Below are positions 1-10,628 of a stretch of DNA of 64,000 nt, piece after piece. The notes beneath the pieces were generated by a model, which worked only from the letters and a program-made list of their open reading frames with translations, did no database searches and had not been told where the DNA came from. Positions within the stretch are counted from its first letter, which is position 1. Each line of letters starts with the position of its first letter. The stretch comes from Alphaproteobacteria bacterium (GTDB lineage Bacteria > Pseudomonadota > Alphaproteobacteria > UBA828). The stretch lies in contig CAXXVO010000021.1 of assembly GCA_963422645.2 (NCBI GenBank), positions 1 through 64,000 of the forward strand, given 5' to 3'. The translations under genes were made by a program, and so were the position numbers.

Positions 1-83
1 GGCTGCGTTGGAGGAGTTGGCGCACTTGTGAGCGCGGGTGAAGAGCGCCTCCCCGGGGGCTGGGCGTCCGCGCGGCAGCCGTG

Positions 84-992
84 TCAGTGGATCAGTTTTT
101 CCAGGTCGAAGTCGGGCGTTGAGGGCTCGGTCAACAGCTCGGCGTGGGCGGCGGGCCGCCGACCTCCCGGACCCCAGATTGCGTTCTCGCGGTAGGCCCG
201 GATCTCGTCGAGGTCGAAATCGCAGTAGTAGATTCCCGGCTCCTCGCCGGCCTCCAGAATCAATGTCTCTCGAGTCTCGCCCTGCCCGTTCTTCTCCCCG
301 CCCAGGCTGAAGGCCATCGGCACGACGCCGAGCGAGTGACCGTTGCCTTCGGGGTGAGACACCGGATAGTTGGTCATCGCGAGCGCGATCATGTTTTCGA
401 ACGCCCGGGTCTTCATCTGTGCGACCCGGTGCTCCTCGAAGAGGCACGCGTTGGGGACGAGCACCAACTCGGCCCCCTTGATGGCCAGGATGCGCGCGCT
501 CTCCGGATTCTCGCGGTCGTAACAAATCATCGCCCCGACCTCCAGCGGACCCTTGTCCGTCTCGAGGGTCGCAACGTCGAAACCCTTGCCCGGCGCGATC
601 AGACGCTCGTTGGTGAACGCGCAGGTGTGGACCTTCGCGTAGCGAAGCACGATCTCGCCCGAACCGTCGATCAGGGCGAGGAAGTTGCGCGGACCCGAAG
701 GGTGGGCCTCCAGGAAGGTCAGGCCGATCGCGAGACCGGTTTCGGCCGCAACGTCGCGGTAGGCGCGGACGAACTCGGAATCCTCGCTCAAGGCGGTCTG
801 GCGCCATGCCTCCGCAGCGCTGGCGTCGTCGGCGTTCGGGAGCGCATAGCCGTGGCTCCAGACCTCGGGAAGGAGGGCGATGTCGGCTCCCTTCGCGCGC
901 GCCTCGCGGCATGCCGCAAGGCCCGATCGAAGGTTCTCCCCGACGGAGGTGCTGGTACTGAGCTGCAACAGTGCGACGCGGATCACGCTCAT
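84..992 (-). CDS. Carbon-nitrogen hydrolase (nitrilase/amidase superfamily)
   Basis: Catalytic triad motifs LLPE, YAKVH and ICYDRENPE. Confidence 0.9.
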   Translation of the reverse strand: MSVIRVALLQLSTSTSVGENLRSGLAACREARAKGADIALLPEVWSHGYALPNADDASAAEAWRQTALSEDSEFVRAYRDVAAETGLAIGLTFLEAHPSGPRNFLALIDGSGEIVLRYAKVHTCAFTNERLIAPGKGFDVATLETDKGPLEVGAMICYDRENPESARILAIKGAELVLVPNACLFEEHRVAQMKTRAFENMIALAMTNYPVSHPEGNGHSLGVVPMAFSLGGEKNGQGETRETLILEAGEEPGIYYCDFDLDEIRAYRENAIWGPGGRRPAAHAELLTEPSTPDFDLEKLIH

Positions 993-1188
993 CGCTCCTC
1001 TCCAGCTTGCGAGATTAATCGGGCTCTATCATCTACCCCGAATTGCATCAGTTACAAATCGGGAACGATTCTTGACCCCCACGGGTTGTGGAGGGCGAGC
1101 GGCGCTTGCCTGCGCTTGTCTGCCGATAGCGCATGGTCAATTGTCCCGCCAACACGCCCGCTTGACGCACGAAGGGAGGACCGGACCC

Positions 1189-2286
1189 GTGCCCACAATC
1201 GACAAGCTGGAAATCGACCTGTTCCGTCTGCCGCTGCCGGTGGCGATGGGGGCCGCGGCTGCGGGTGTGATGACCGCCTTCGACATGGTCACGGCGCGGA
1301 TCACGGACAGCGACGGCGTCACCGGCGTGGGCTACACCGTGATGCACGAAGGGCAGGGCGGCCCCATCGCGGCACTATGCAACGGAACCTTCCGGTCGAG
1401 CGTCGAGGGCCGCGACCCGGACCTGATCGAGACCATCTGGCGCGACATCTACAAGCGCCACCACTATGCCGGCCGGGGCGGGCCCGTGGGCTTCGCGCTG
1501 GCGGCGGTGGATGTCGCGCTCTGGGACCTGAAGGGCAATCGGCTCGGTACGCCGCTCTGGCGGCTGCTGGGCGGCGCCAACCCGACGGTCAGGGCCTATG
1601 CCGGCAACATCGACCTGAACTACCCGGTGGACAGGCTGCTGGAAGGCGGCATGGCGAGCGTCGAGCAGGGCTTCCGGTCGGTCAAGATGCGGCTCGGCCG
1701 CCCGACCATCGCCGAGGACATCGCCCGCGTCGACGCGATGCGCAACCACCTGCCCGACGACATCGAGATGATGGCGGACGCGAACGAGGCCTGGCGAGTG
1801 GATCAGGCGGCGCGCGCCATGACTCTGCTCGAGCCCTTCGACCTCGTCTGGCTGGAGGAGCCCATCGCGCCCGACAATACCGCCGGCTACGCTCATCTGC
1901 GCTCGCTCGGCAAGGTGCCGCTGGCGGCGGGCGAGAACCACCACACGCTCGCGGAGTTCGCGGCGCTGATCGGAGCCGGCGGCGTCGACTTCCCGGAGCC
2001 CGACCTCACCACCTGCGGCGGCATCACGCCCTTCATGAAGATCGCGCATCTCGCCGAGGCGCACGGCCTGCCGGTGATGAGCCACGGCGCGCACGACCTG
2101 CACATCCAACTGCTGGCGGCGGCTCCGAACGCGGCCTACCTGGAGTGGCATGCCTTCGGCCTCGAGAGGTTCATGGAGGAGCCGCTGACCGTCCAAGACG
2201 GCTATGCGCGCGCGCCGGAGCGCCCTGGCCACGGCATCGTGTTCGACTGGCAGGCTCTCGCCGCCCACCGGCCGGTGCGCGCCTGA
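1189..2286 (+). CDS. Mandelate racemase/muconate lactonizing enzyme family (enolase superfamily)
   Basis: AVDVALWDL, VKMRLG, ADAN, WLEEP and AAGEN motifs; GTG at 1189 follows a GGGAGGA RBS. Confidence 0.9.
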   Translation: MPTIDKLEIDLFRLPLPVAMGAAAAGVMTAFDMVTARITDSDGVTGVGYTVMHEGQGGPIAALCNGTFRSSVEGRDPDLIETIWRDIYKRHHYAGRGGPVGFALAAVDVALWDLKGNRLGTPLWRLLGGANPTVRAYAGNIDLNYPVDRLLEGGMASVEQGFRSVKMRLGRPTIAEDIARVDAMRNHLPDDIEMMADANEAWRVDQAARAMTLLEPFDLVWLEEPIAPDNTAGYAHLRSLGKVPLAAGENHHTLAEFAALIGAGGVDFPEPDLTTCGGITPFMKIAHLAEAHGLPVMSHGAHDLHIQLLAAAPNAAYLEWHAFGLERFMEEPLTVQDGYARAPERPGHGIVFDWQALAAHRPVRA

Positions 2287-2372
2287 GTCCTTGAACGGGC
2301 GAGGCGCATCCCGGAATATCCCAGCATATCCCGGATTGGACCGTCTTTCGGGCGAGGAGAGGGAGGTGCGCG

Positions 2373-3089
2373 ATGGGTGACAGCCAAAGGGGCAACGTCA
2401 AGGAGGGGTGGAGCGCCTGGTGGAGCTTCGCGCGCATCCCCGAGTTCCCGGTGGAGGCGGACAAGACCGCGCTCATCGTGATCGACATGACCTACCAGCA
2501 GGCCCACCGCGACTACGGGCTCTGCAAGCGGATCATCGAGGCGGGGCTGGAGGACGACCTCTCCTACTACCTCGATCGGATCGACCGCGTTGTGGTGCCG
2601 AACCTGGAGCAGCTCATCGCGGCGTTCCGTGAGGTGGGCGCGCCGGTGATCTACACGCGCTGCGCCTCGCTGGTGGGCGACGGCTCGGACCAGACCTGGC
2701 GTCACCGCCACTTCGGCGTGGTCACGACGGAAGACTCGAAGGACGCGCAAATTCTCGCGCCGCTTGAGCCGGAGGAGGGCGACATCATGCTGACCAAGTC
2801 GGGCTCGGCGGTCTTCCCCTCGACCAACTGCGAGCATCTGCTGCGCGTGAAGGGGATCACCACCATCGTGGTGAGCGGCATCTTCACCAACAGCTGCGTC
2901 GAAGGCACGATCCGGCTCGCAGGCGATCTTGACTTCCGCTGCCTGATGCCCGAGGACGCCTGCGCCGCCATGTCGCCGAGCGGCCACGCCAACGCGGTCG
3001 AGTATCTCGACGGCAACTTCTGTCACGTGAAGCCCACGGCGGAGATCATCCGCCTGCTGGGCGCGGGAGCCGGCGCGGCCGCTGCCTAG
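2373..3089 (+). CDS. Isochorismatase-family cysteine hydrolase
   Basis: TALIVIDM, K..SAVF and GIFTNSCVEGT motifs; RBS GGAGG. Confidence 0.88.
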   Translation: MGDSQRGNVKEGWSAWWSFARIPEFPVEADKTALIVIDMTYQQAHRDYGLCKRIIEAGLEDDLSYYLDRIDRVVVPNLEQLIAAFREVGAPVIYTRCASLVGDGSDQTWRHRHFGVVTTEDSKDAQILAPLEPEEGDIMLTKSGSAVFPSTNCEHLLRVKGITTIVVSGIFTNSCVEGTIRLAGDLDFRCLMPEDACAAMSPSGHANAVEYLDGNFCHVKPTAEIIRLLGAGAGAAAA

Positions 3090-3393
3090 CCCGCCCGACT
3101 CTCCGCACCATGGTGCGGAGCAGGGAGCGCGCTGCCTGCGCCATGATCGGGCCATGACGTGCACCAACGAGCGCGGCGCGGCTAAGCGGATGAGCTGGCA
3201 ACGATGGGCCGGGCGGCGAGCACCGCTGAGCAGAAACGCCGGCCCCGTCGACATCCCCGGCGGCCGGCGCATGCCCCGTGAATTCCCGCTTGTCCCGGAT
3301 AATCCCGGCGAATCCCGCCAAAATTTTGTAGGTCGTGTCCCGCCCCCCGCGCGGGGCGCAGGACGCGACCCTGGTGAGACGTGCGGGTTAGCG

Positions 3394-4566
3394 CTACTCC
3401 GCCTGCCGGATAACGCCGTCGCGGACGAGTCCTGCGCAGGCGTCCTCGTCGTAGCCGATCTCGCGCAGGATTGCGGTGCTGTGCTGGCCGAGGGCGGGCA
3501 CGTCCGTCTCGATGCGCCCCGGCTCCTCCTGGAACTTGATCGGGATGCCGAGATGCGAGGCGCCGTCATCTGCCTGCATCACCATGTCCCGCGCGGCAAG
3601 GTGGGGGTCGTCGAAGGCTTCCTTGAGGTCGAGTACCGGCGCGAAGCAAATGTCGCGGCCGGCGAACCAGTCGACCCACTCGGCCTGGGTACGCGCGGCG
3701 AAGGTCTCTTCGAGAAAGGCGTGGAGCGGCGCCTGCGCGGGGCCTGCGGGCTCGCGGCCGAGGGGGATCAGGTCCGGCCGGCCCACCCCCTCCAGGAAGT
3801 TGACGACGAACTTCATCTCGCCGCCGCCGAGCGTGATGTAGCGGCCGTCCCTGGTGCGGTAGGGGCGGTAGAAGGCGGCGCCGCCCTGGGTGCGCTCGGC
3901 TGAGGGGTCCGGTGCGCGGCCGTCGGCGAACACGCGGCCGGCGACGTGCGAGGTCCAGGACACCACCGTGTCGAACATGCCGAGATCGAGGTAGTCGCCG
4001 CGCCCGGTGGTCTGGCGGCGCAGCAGGGCCATGAGGATGCCGGCGAGCGCCATGATCGAGCCTCCCATATCCGACGGCGGCAGGCAGGCCATGGCGGGCT
4101 TGCCGTCGCCATCGACGCTGAGGCTGGCGACTCCGGCGAGCGCGTTGACGCTCAGATCGTGGGCCGGGCGGTCGCGGTAGGGCCCTGACTGGCCGAAGGC
4201 GGAGATCGAGGCGTAGACCACCTGCGGCGCGCGCGCGCGCACGGCCTCGTAGCCGATCCCCAAGCGATCGACCACGCCGGGGCGGAAGGTCTCGAGCACC
4301 ACGTCGGCGGTCTCGGCGAGGCGCATGAAGGCCTCGCGCCCGGCGTCGCTCTTGAGATCGATCGCGAGGCTCCGCTTGCCCCGGTTCGCGTTGCGAAAAT
4401 AGACCGTGTGGCCGGCCTGCACCGGCCCGATGACGCGCGCGGGATCGCCGCTCTTCGGGTCCTCCACCTTGATCACGTCGGCGCCGTGGTCGGCCATCAT
4501 CATGGCGAGATGCGGGCCGGGCAGAAAGCGGGAGAGGTCCAACACCCTGATCCCTTCGAGCTTCAT
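3394..4566 (-). CDS. CaiB/BaiF class III CoA-transferase
   Basis: [25 protein letters not shown] and PAHD motifs; start at MKLEG with RBS GGAGG. Confidence 0.92.
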   Translation of the reverse strand: MKLEGIRVLDLSRFLPGPHLAMMMADHGADVIKVEDPKSGDPARVIGPVQAGHTVYFRNANRGKRSLAIDLKSDAGREAFMRLAETADVVLETFRPGVVDRLGIGYEAVRARAPQVVYASISAFGQSGPYRDRPAHDLSVNALAGVASLSVDGDGKPAMACLPPSDMGGSIMALAGILMALLRRQTTGRGDYLDLGMFDTVVSWTSHVAGRVFADGRAPDPSAERTQGGAAFYRPYRTRDGRYITLGGGEMKFVVNFLEGVGRPDLIPLGREPAGPAQAPLHAFLEETFAARTQAEWVDWFAGRDICFAPVLDLKEAFDDPHLAARDMVMQADDGASHLGIPIKFQEEPGRIETDVPALGQHSTAILREIGYDEDACAGLVRDGVIRQAE

Positions 4567-4751
4567 GGGTTGCCTCCATGTGCGGGTTCGCTCTCGGTTG
4601 GCGTCGACATAGCGCGTGATCGCCGCGCGCGCCATGGTGCCGAGGCCCGAGCCTGAGCGCTCGCGGCGAGGTGAGGGGAAGTCATTGGCCGGGCGGAGCA
4701 CGCGCCGCTACGGTCTGCCTCGATCGTGCACCGAGTCGCCAAAGGGACGCC

Positions 4752-6161
4752 GTGCAAGGACTCGCGGAATCGCTCGCCGTCTACTTCGAGCGGCGGATGG
4801 CCCGCATCCTCCTTCTCGGGATCATCAGCGGCTTTCCCTGGGTCCTCATCGGGAGCAGCCTGACCCTTTGGCTCACGGAGGACGGGCTTAGCCGCAGCAC
4901 CATCGGCTGGGCCGGCCTCATCTTCGGCGTCTACGCGTTCAACTTCCTCTGGGCGCCGATGATCGACCGGGTCCGGCTGCCGTGGCTCTCCCAGCGGCTC
5001 GGGCAGCGCCGCGCCTGGATCCTCGTCCTGCAGGCCGTGATCCTGGTGTGCCTCGTGCTCTGGAGCGCGCTGGACCCCTCGGAAAACCTGGGCTCCGTCG
5101 TCGCCATCGGCCTCGCCATCGCCGTCGCGTCCGCGACGCAGGACATCGCCGTCGACGCGCTCAGAATCGAGCAGATGGAGAAGACCGAGGGCGAGGCGAT
5201 GGCTGCCGGCGCGGCGGTCGCGGTGGTCGGCTGGTGGAGCGGATTCAAGCTCGGAGGCATCGTCGCGCTCGAAACCGCCGGGGCCTTCCAGACCGCGGGC
5301 ATCGAGAACTATTGGCAGGCGACCTTTCTCGTGCTCGGGATCGTGGTCGTCCTCTGCAATATCGGCCTCCTCTTCGTGCGCGAGGCCGCAGCGGCGGCGC
5401 GCATGGCCGCCCAGACCGAGGACGAGGAGCGGATTGCCGCGCGCCTGCGCATGTCCGGCCCGCTCGGGCGTGCCGCCGCCTGGCTGGCCGGCACCGTCGT
5501 CGGCCCGCTGATGCGCTTCTTCGTGAAGAACGGGATCGCGATCGCCGCCGCGGTGCTGGGTTTCGTCTTCCTGTTCAAGATCGGCGAAGCCTTCCTGGGG
5601 CGTATGTCGCTGGTCTTCTATACGGAGATCGGCTTCACCAAGTCCGACATCGCGCTTTATTCCAAGGGCCTGGGCTGGATCGTCACCGTGGGGTTCACGG
5701 TGCTGGGCGGCCTCGTCGCGATCCGTATCGGCCTGATCCGGGCCATGTTCGTATCCGGGATCGCCATGGCGCTCACGAACATGATGTTCGCGCTGCTGGC
5801 GTGGTCCGGGAAGTCGGAGGTGCTCTTCGCCGCCGCAGTCGTGATGGATGACCTCACGAGCGCATTCGCGACGGTCACCTTCGTCGCCTTCATCTCGATG
5901 TTGGTGGACCGGACCTATACCGCCACCCAATACGCCCTGTTGGCTTCGCTCGGCACGGCGGGCCGGACGTTGCTTGCCGCGTCGTCGGGCGAGCTGGTGG
6001 ACTGGCTGGAGGGGGACTGGGGCACCTTCTTCGTGATCACGACGCTGATGGTGCTGCCGTCGCTCGTGTGCCTCTGGGCGATCCGCGCGAAGCTGCGCGA
6101 CCTGCTGGCCGGCGCGCGGGTGCGGCTGATGGGGAAGGACGCGGAGGACGCCGTTGGTTAG
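4752..6161 (+). CDS. ampG: AmpG-family muropeptide MFS permease
   Basis: LGIISGFP, FLWAPMID, GQRRAW, SATQDIAVDA and YTATQYAL motifs. Confidence 0.88.
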   Translation: MQGLAESLAVYFERRMARILLLGIISGFPWVLIGSSLTLWLTEDGLSRSTIGWAGLIFGVYAFNFLWAPMIDRVRLPWLSQRLGQRRAWILVLQAVILVCLVLWSALDPSENLGSVVAIGLAIAVASATQDIAVDALRIEQMEKTEGEAMAAGAAVAVVGWWSGFKLGGIVALETAGAFQTAGIENYWQATFLVLGIVVVLCNIGLLFVREAAAAARMAAQTEDEERIAARLRMSGPLGRAAAWLAGTVVGPLMRFFVKNGIAIAAAVLGFVFLFKIGEAFLGRMSLVFYTEIGFTKSDIALYSKGLGWIVTVGFTVLGGLVAIRIGLIRAMFVSGIAMALTNMMFALLAWSGKSEVLFAAAVVMDDLTSAFATVTFVAFISMLVDRTYTATQYALLASLGTAGRTLLAASSGELVDWLEGDWGTFFVITTLMVLPSLVCLWAIRAKLRDLLAGARVRLMGKDAEDAVG

Positions 6162-6253
6162 GGCCGCGCCGTGGTAGCGTTGTTGTCCACGGCAGGGCTT
6201 TCGGGCAGATTTCGGTGCTTGAGGGGAGAGCTCCGATTTTCTGCCGTCGTCTC

Positions 6254-6895
6254 GTGAATCGCTGCGTACCGTTTCTTCTGGTGCTGCTGCTGGCTGCGTT
6301 GCCTGCGCACGCCGAGTCGCTGGTGCTGGTGTGGCCCTCGGCCGGCGACAGGGGCGACTGGGAGATCGAGGAGTTCGAGGGCGAGACCCGTTATCGGGTC
6401 GTCAAGATCGGCGGGCAGCGCGTGCTCGAGGCGAACAGCGATGCCACGGCGTCGAGCCTTTACCTGGAGCGGGAGATCGATATCGCGGCGACGCCGATCC
6501 TCGAATGGCGCTGGCGGATCGAGAAGCCGTTGGCGCTCGACGATGAGCGAATCAAGGCCGGCGACGATTACGCCGCGCGGGTCTATGTCGTCGCGCCCGG
6601 CGAGGGGATGTTCGGGCTGCCGCGGGCGATCAGTTACGTTTGGGCCAATCAAGCAGAAGTGGGCGAGAGCTGGCCCAACCCCTTCACCTCCAAGGTGATG
6701 ATGGTCGCGATGGATAGCGGGGATGCCGAGGCGGGCACCTGGCGCACCCATCGGCGGGACGTTCGGGCCGACTTCCTCCGCCTGTTCGAGATGGAGGTCG
6801 ATGAGCTCGAAGGCATCGCGGTCATGACCGACTCGGACAACAGCGGGAAGAGTGCCCGCGCCTGGTACGGCGAGTTGGCGTTCCACGCCGAGTAG
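6254..6895 (+). CDS. DUF3047-family exported protein
   Basis: Signal peptide ending AHA; LEWRW, GDDYAARVYV and IAVMTDSDN motifs; start approximate. Confidence 0.8.
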   Translation: MNRCVPFLLVLLLAALPAHAESLVLVWPSAGDRGDWEIEEFEGETRYRVVKIGGQRVLEANSDATASSLYLEREIDIAATPILEWRWRIEKPLALDDERIKAGDDYAARVYVVAPGEGMFGLPRAISYVWANQAEVGESWPNPFTSKVMMVAMDSGDAEAGTWRTHRRDVRADFLRLFEMEVDELEGIAVMTDSDNSGKSARAWYGELAFHAE

Positions 6896-6932
6896 GCTGC
6901 TCCTGCTCGGTCAGGCTTTGGGCGCGTGGCCG

Positions 6933-7508
6933 CTACCACCTGTGCTTGTGACCGTGACGATGCCGTTCAGGATGAACGTAGCGGGGCTGCACGTGGGCCC
7001 GCTGTTTGTGCAAATGGCGGTGCCGCTTCTGTTGAGGATGCACGTACCGAGGCTGCAGCTGTACCTGCGGGCCGTGCCACTGGCGATAGTGTTGCCGTGG
7101 AGGACGCACCTGCCAGGGCTGCGGGTGGAATCGCGGGGCGTTGTTCCACTGCCGACGGTGGTGGCGCTGAGGATGGACGTGCCAGGGTCCCTGATGATCC
7201 AGCCAGACGATCCACCCGCGTCGTTGGTGCCGCTGATGCTGATGCCATGCCCCGTGGTGTTGATGGACGATGAAGGGACCGTCGTGCGGATTTCCCAAAG
7301 TCACGCCGACGCTGACCCCGTCCCAGTGCCTGGAACGCTTGCCGGTCGTCGACCCGAGCAGTCCGCCGATGACGCCGCCGACAACCGCTCCTTCCCACGA
7401 CCATTCGTGATCCGCACGGGAGGGCGTCGTCGCCATGGTCGAGCCGAGCACGATGGCCGCTGTGAACGCGATGCCGCCAACGAGGCACTGTTTCCAGTTC
7501 TGCATCAT
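6933..7508 (-). CDS. Secreted His/Arg/Gln/Trp-rich low-complexity protein with glycine-zipper-like motif
   Basis: Signal peptide (MQNWKQCLVGGIAFTAAIVLG...SRA), GAVVGGVIGGLLG, repeated QPRYVHP; RBS GGAGAA. Confidence 0.65.
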   Translation of the reverse strand: MMQNWKQCLVGGIAFTAAIVLGSTMATTPSRADHEWSWEGAVVGGVIGGLLGSTTGKRSRHWDGVSVGVTLGNPHDGPFIVHQHHGAWHQHQRHQRRGWIVWLDHQGPWHVHPQRHHRRQWNNAPRFHPQPWQVRPPRQHYRQWHGPQVQLQPRYVHPQQKRHRHLHKQRAHVQPRYVHPERHRHGHKHRW

Positions 7509-7608
7509 CGCCATTCTCCGTTCTTGATCGGTAGCCTTTGACTGGGAATTCTTCTCGGATCGAGATTTGCAATCAAGGCATATTGAGTGTCGACAACGAA
7601 AAGAATTG

Positions 7609-9496
7609 GTAACTGCCCAGGTCGTCTGATTTGTCATTTTGGGCCAGTGGATTGAGGCGTTTCTCGTTCGGAGTTGGTGGAAAGGGCTTGACGGGAATTT
7701 CGGGAAATGACTCAACAACGACATGAGCAATCCCGAGTCGCCGCGCGGCCCTTCGACGGGAGCAGCGCCCGAAACGCCCGCGCAGAAGATCGCCCGCCTG
7801 GAGGAGGAGAACGCCCGGCTTCGGGAGGAAAATGCCTGGCTTCGGCAGCAGAACGCGCGGCTGGAAGAGCAAGTCGCGCGTCTCGTCGAGCGCATCGAGG
7901 AGTTGGAGCGCCGTCTCGGCCTCAACAGCGGCAACAGCGGCAAGCCGCCTTCGAGCGATGGGCTGAGGAAGCCGAATTCGAAGCGGCGAACCCGAAGCCT
8001 GCGCGGCAAATCGGGCCGCAAGCCCGGTGGCCAGCCCGGCCACAAGGGCAAGACGCTGCGCCGCGCCGATCACCCGGATCGGGTGAAGGATCACGTCCCG
8101 GCTTCCTGCAAGGGATGCGGTTCGCCGCTTTCGGACGCGGCCAGGGCGGGAACGCCCGTCGCCCGCCAGGTGTTCGATCTGCCCGAGCCGAGCCCCCTGG
8201 AGGTGACCGAGCACCGGGCGCATGCCAAGTGCTGCGGGCATTGCGGGACGGTGACCCGGGCGGCGTTCCCCGACGGGGTGTCGGCGCCGGTGCAGTACGG
8301 CCCGCGCATTGCCGGGGTGGCGGTCTACCTTCAGCACGCTCACTTCCTGCCGGAGGATCGGCTGTCGCAGGTGATGGCCGAGCTCTTCGGCGCGCCGGTG
8401 ACGGCTGCGACGTTGGCGACGATGAGCGAGAGGGCGGCCGAGCGGCTGCGGGACGCGGCCTTGCACATACAGGACCTGGCGGCGGGCACGGCGCGGGTGA
8501 AACACATGGACGAGACCGGCTTGCGGATCGGCGGTCAGACGCAGTGGCTTCATGTGATCTGCACGCCGCTGCTGGCGGCGTACCGGGTCAGCGGCAAGCG
8601 CGGCGCCCTGCTCTCGGGTGTCTCCGGCATCGTCGTGCACGATCACTGGAAGCCGTACTTCGCGATGGAAGGGGTGGAGCACGGCCTGTGCAACGCCCAT
8701 CACCTGCGGGAGTTGCAGGCGCTGGTGGACATCGAAGGGGAGGCTTGGGCCCGGCGGATGCAGCAGCTCCTGCGCCGAGCCAATCGCGCCGCCCGCATCG
8801 CGCTGGACAAGGATATCGCCGTTCCGGCGAGGCTTGTGGCGCTGATCGAGCGCCGATACGACGAGATCATCGCCGATGCGCTGGCCTTTCACGAGAGCCA
8901 ACCACCGTTCTCGCCTGGCAAGAGGAAGAAGCGCCGGAAGCGAAGGATCGGTCACAATCTGGCCTTGAGGCTGCGCGACCACAAATGCGCGGTGCTCCGG
9001 TTCCTGATCGACCTCGAGGTCGGGTTCACGAACAACGAGGCCGAGCGCGACCTTCGGATGATGAAGCTGCGCCAGAAGATCTCCGGGGGCTTCCGGTCCG
9101 CGCAGGGGGCCGAGAACTTCGCCATCCTGCGCAGCGTCATCACCACCGCCAGAAAGCAGGGCTGGAATATCATCGAAGCCCTGACCAGCCCATCGGATCG
9201 GCTCATCGCCACCGTCAAGTGCGCGTAAGCTCACCTGGCACGGGTTCTCCAACAGCGGAGCCATTCTCATAAACGATCATGGTCGACGCCGTGCTGGACC
9301 ACCCCATAGAATGAAAATCGGTGCCCGTCGCGCGGGCGGACTTCGGGCCACATCGGGGTAGCTTACCGGTCGCAGTCCGCAAGAGGGGCATCGTGAGCTG
9401 TGAAACCCGGCGACCCCAGAGGAGCACACGGGCGTCGCGTGGGTAGCGTTGTGCCGAATCCCAGAGAATTTTCACAGCAAGAACCTGGGCAGTTAC
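7609..9496 (+). mobile_element. IS66-family element A (single ORF, ISBst12-like), complete
   Basis: TIR GTAACTGCCCAGGT at both ends; 8-bp TSD AAGAATTG (7601-7608, 9497-9504). Confidence 0.95.
7723..9228 (+). CDS. IS66 transposase TnpC
   Basis: Coiled coil, NSGKPPSSD, GGQPGH, Zn finger, DETG, HDHW, CNAH and TNNEAERDLR motifs. Confidence 0.95.
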   Translation: MSNPESPRGPSTGAAPETPAQKIARLEEENARLREENAWLRQQNARLEEQVARLVERIEELERRLGLNSGNSGKPPSSDGLRKPNSKRRTRSLRGKSGRKPGGQPGHKGKTLRRADHPDRVKDHVPASCKGCGSPLSDAARAGTPVARQVFDLPEPSPLEVTEHRAHAKCCGHCGTVTRAAFPDGVSAPVQYGPRIAGVAVYLQHAHFLPEDRLSQVMAELFGAPVTAATLATMSERAAERLRDAALHIQDLAAGTARVKHMDETGLRIGGQTQWLHVICTPLLAAYRVSGKRGALLSGVSGIVVHDHWKPYFAMEGVEHGLCNAHHLRELQALVDIEGEAWARRMQQLLRRANRAARIALDKDIAVPARLVALIERRYDEIIADALAFHESQPPFSPGKRKKRRKRRIGHNLALRLRDHKCAVLRFLIDLEVGFTNNEAERDLRMMKLRQKISGGFRSAQGAENFAILRSVITTARKQGWNIIEALTSPSDRLIATVKCA

Positions 9497-9723
9497 AAGA
9501 ATTGTTAAGAAATGTGTTTTGTAGGGGATTTCCACTGCGCTTGGTTTTTCCACGACAACGATAGATGCAACTCTCGCGACACGGGGTACCCGGCGGCTGA
9601 GAGGCTGCGGATCGATTTGACTGGCGCGGGTCCGCGAGAGGATGCCGGCGCGTCCCTGCCGCCGTTGCTGGCTGCCTTGATCGGGACAGGGGGCTGTGGT
9701 TGTTTGGCCCGAGCCTCTTGAGA

Positions 9724-10614
9724 ATGCCCATGAATCTGCACCGCACCTATCTGTTCGCGCCCGGCAATCACCCGCGCAAGGTCGCCAAGGTCTTTGGCGC
9801 CGGCGCCGACGCGGTCGTGCTCGACCTCGAAGACGCCGTTGCCGCGGCGGAGAAGGAGGCCACGCGGGCCGTTGTCGTCGAGGCATTACAATTGCCGCGC
9901 CCGTGCCTCGGCTACGTGCGCGTGAACGGGCTCGACACCGACTATTGCTACGGCGACCTCCAGGCCGTCGTTGCGGCGGGCGTGGACGGCATCCTGCTGC
10001 CCAAGGTGGAGGCGCCCAGCCAGCTGGAGACGGTGGACTGGCTGCTCGGCCAGCTGGAGCGTGAGCGGGGGCTGGAGCAGGGCGCCATCGACCTGCTGCC
10101 GATCATCGAGACCGGCCAGGGCGTCGCCGCCGCCCAGGCGATTGCCGACGCGGAGACGCGGGTGCGGCGGCTCTCCTTCGGCGCCGGCGACTACACCCGC
10201 GACATGGGCATGGTCTGGACCGGGGCGGAGGCCGAGCTTGCGCACGCGCGCGCGTCCATCGTGCTCGCCTCCCGCGTCGGTGGGTTGGAGGCCCCGGTCG
10301 ATACGGTCTTCATCGACCTTGCCGACGCCGAGAACCTGGAGCGATCGGCCCAAACCGCACTCAGCTTCGGCTTTCAAGGCAAGCTCTGCATCCACCCCAA
10401 ACAGGTGGAGCCGGTGAACCAGGTATTCACGCCAAGCGCCGACGCCGTGGCCCAGGCGGAGAAGCATGTCGCCGCCTTCAAGGAGGCGGAGGCTGCGGGC
10501 TCAGCCTCCATCCAGGTGGACGGTTACTTCATCGACTACCCGATCTACGAGAAGGCCGAGCGGGTGCTGCGGATCGCAGAGGCGATCCGGCAGAGGGACG
10601 CGCAGGCCGGCTGA
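9724..10614 (+). CDS. CitE/HpcH-family CoA ester lyase
   Basis: RTYLFAPG, LDLEDAV, LPKVE, IIET and GKLCIHPKQV motifs. Confidence 0.9.
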   Translation: MPMNLHRTYLFAPGNHPRKVAKVFGAGADAVVLDLEDAVAAAEKEATRAVVVEALQLPRPCLGYVRVNGLDTDYCYGDLQAVVAAGVDGILLPKVEAPSQLETVDWLLGQLERERGLEQGAIDLLPIIETGQGVAAAQAIADAETRVRRLSFGAGDYTRDMGMVWTGAEAELAHARASIVLASRVGGLEAPVDTVFIDLADAENLERSAQTALSFGFQGKLCIHPKQVEPVNQVFTPSADAVAQAEKHVAAFKEAEAAGSASIQVDGYFIDYPIYEKAERVLRIAEAIRQRDAQAG

Positions 10615-10628
10615 AGGAGAGACGCGGG

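Noticed and set aside
9580-9660. TPP-riboswitch-like GGGGTACC...GGCTGAGAGG upstream of the CitE-like gene
   Set aside because: Lacks the GAACCTGATC core and the downstream genes are not thiamine related
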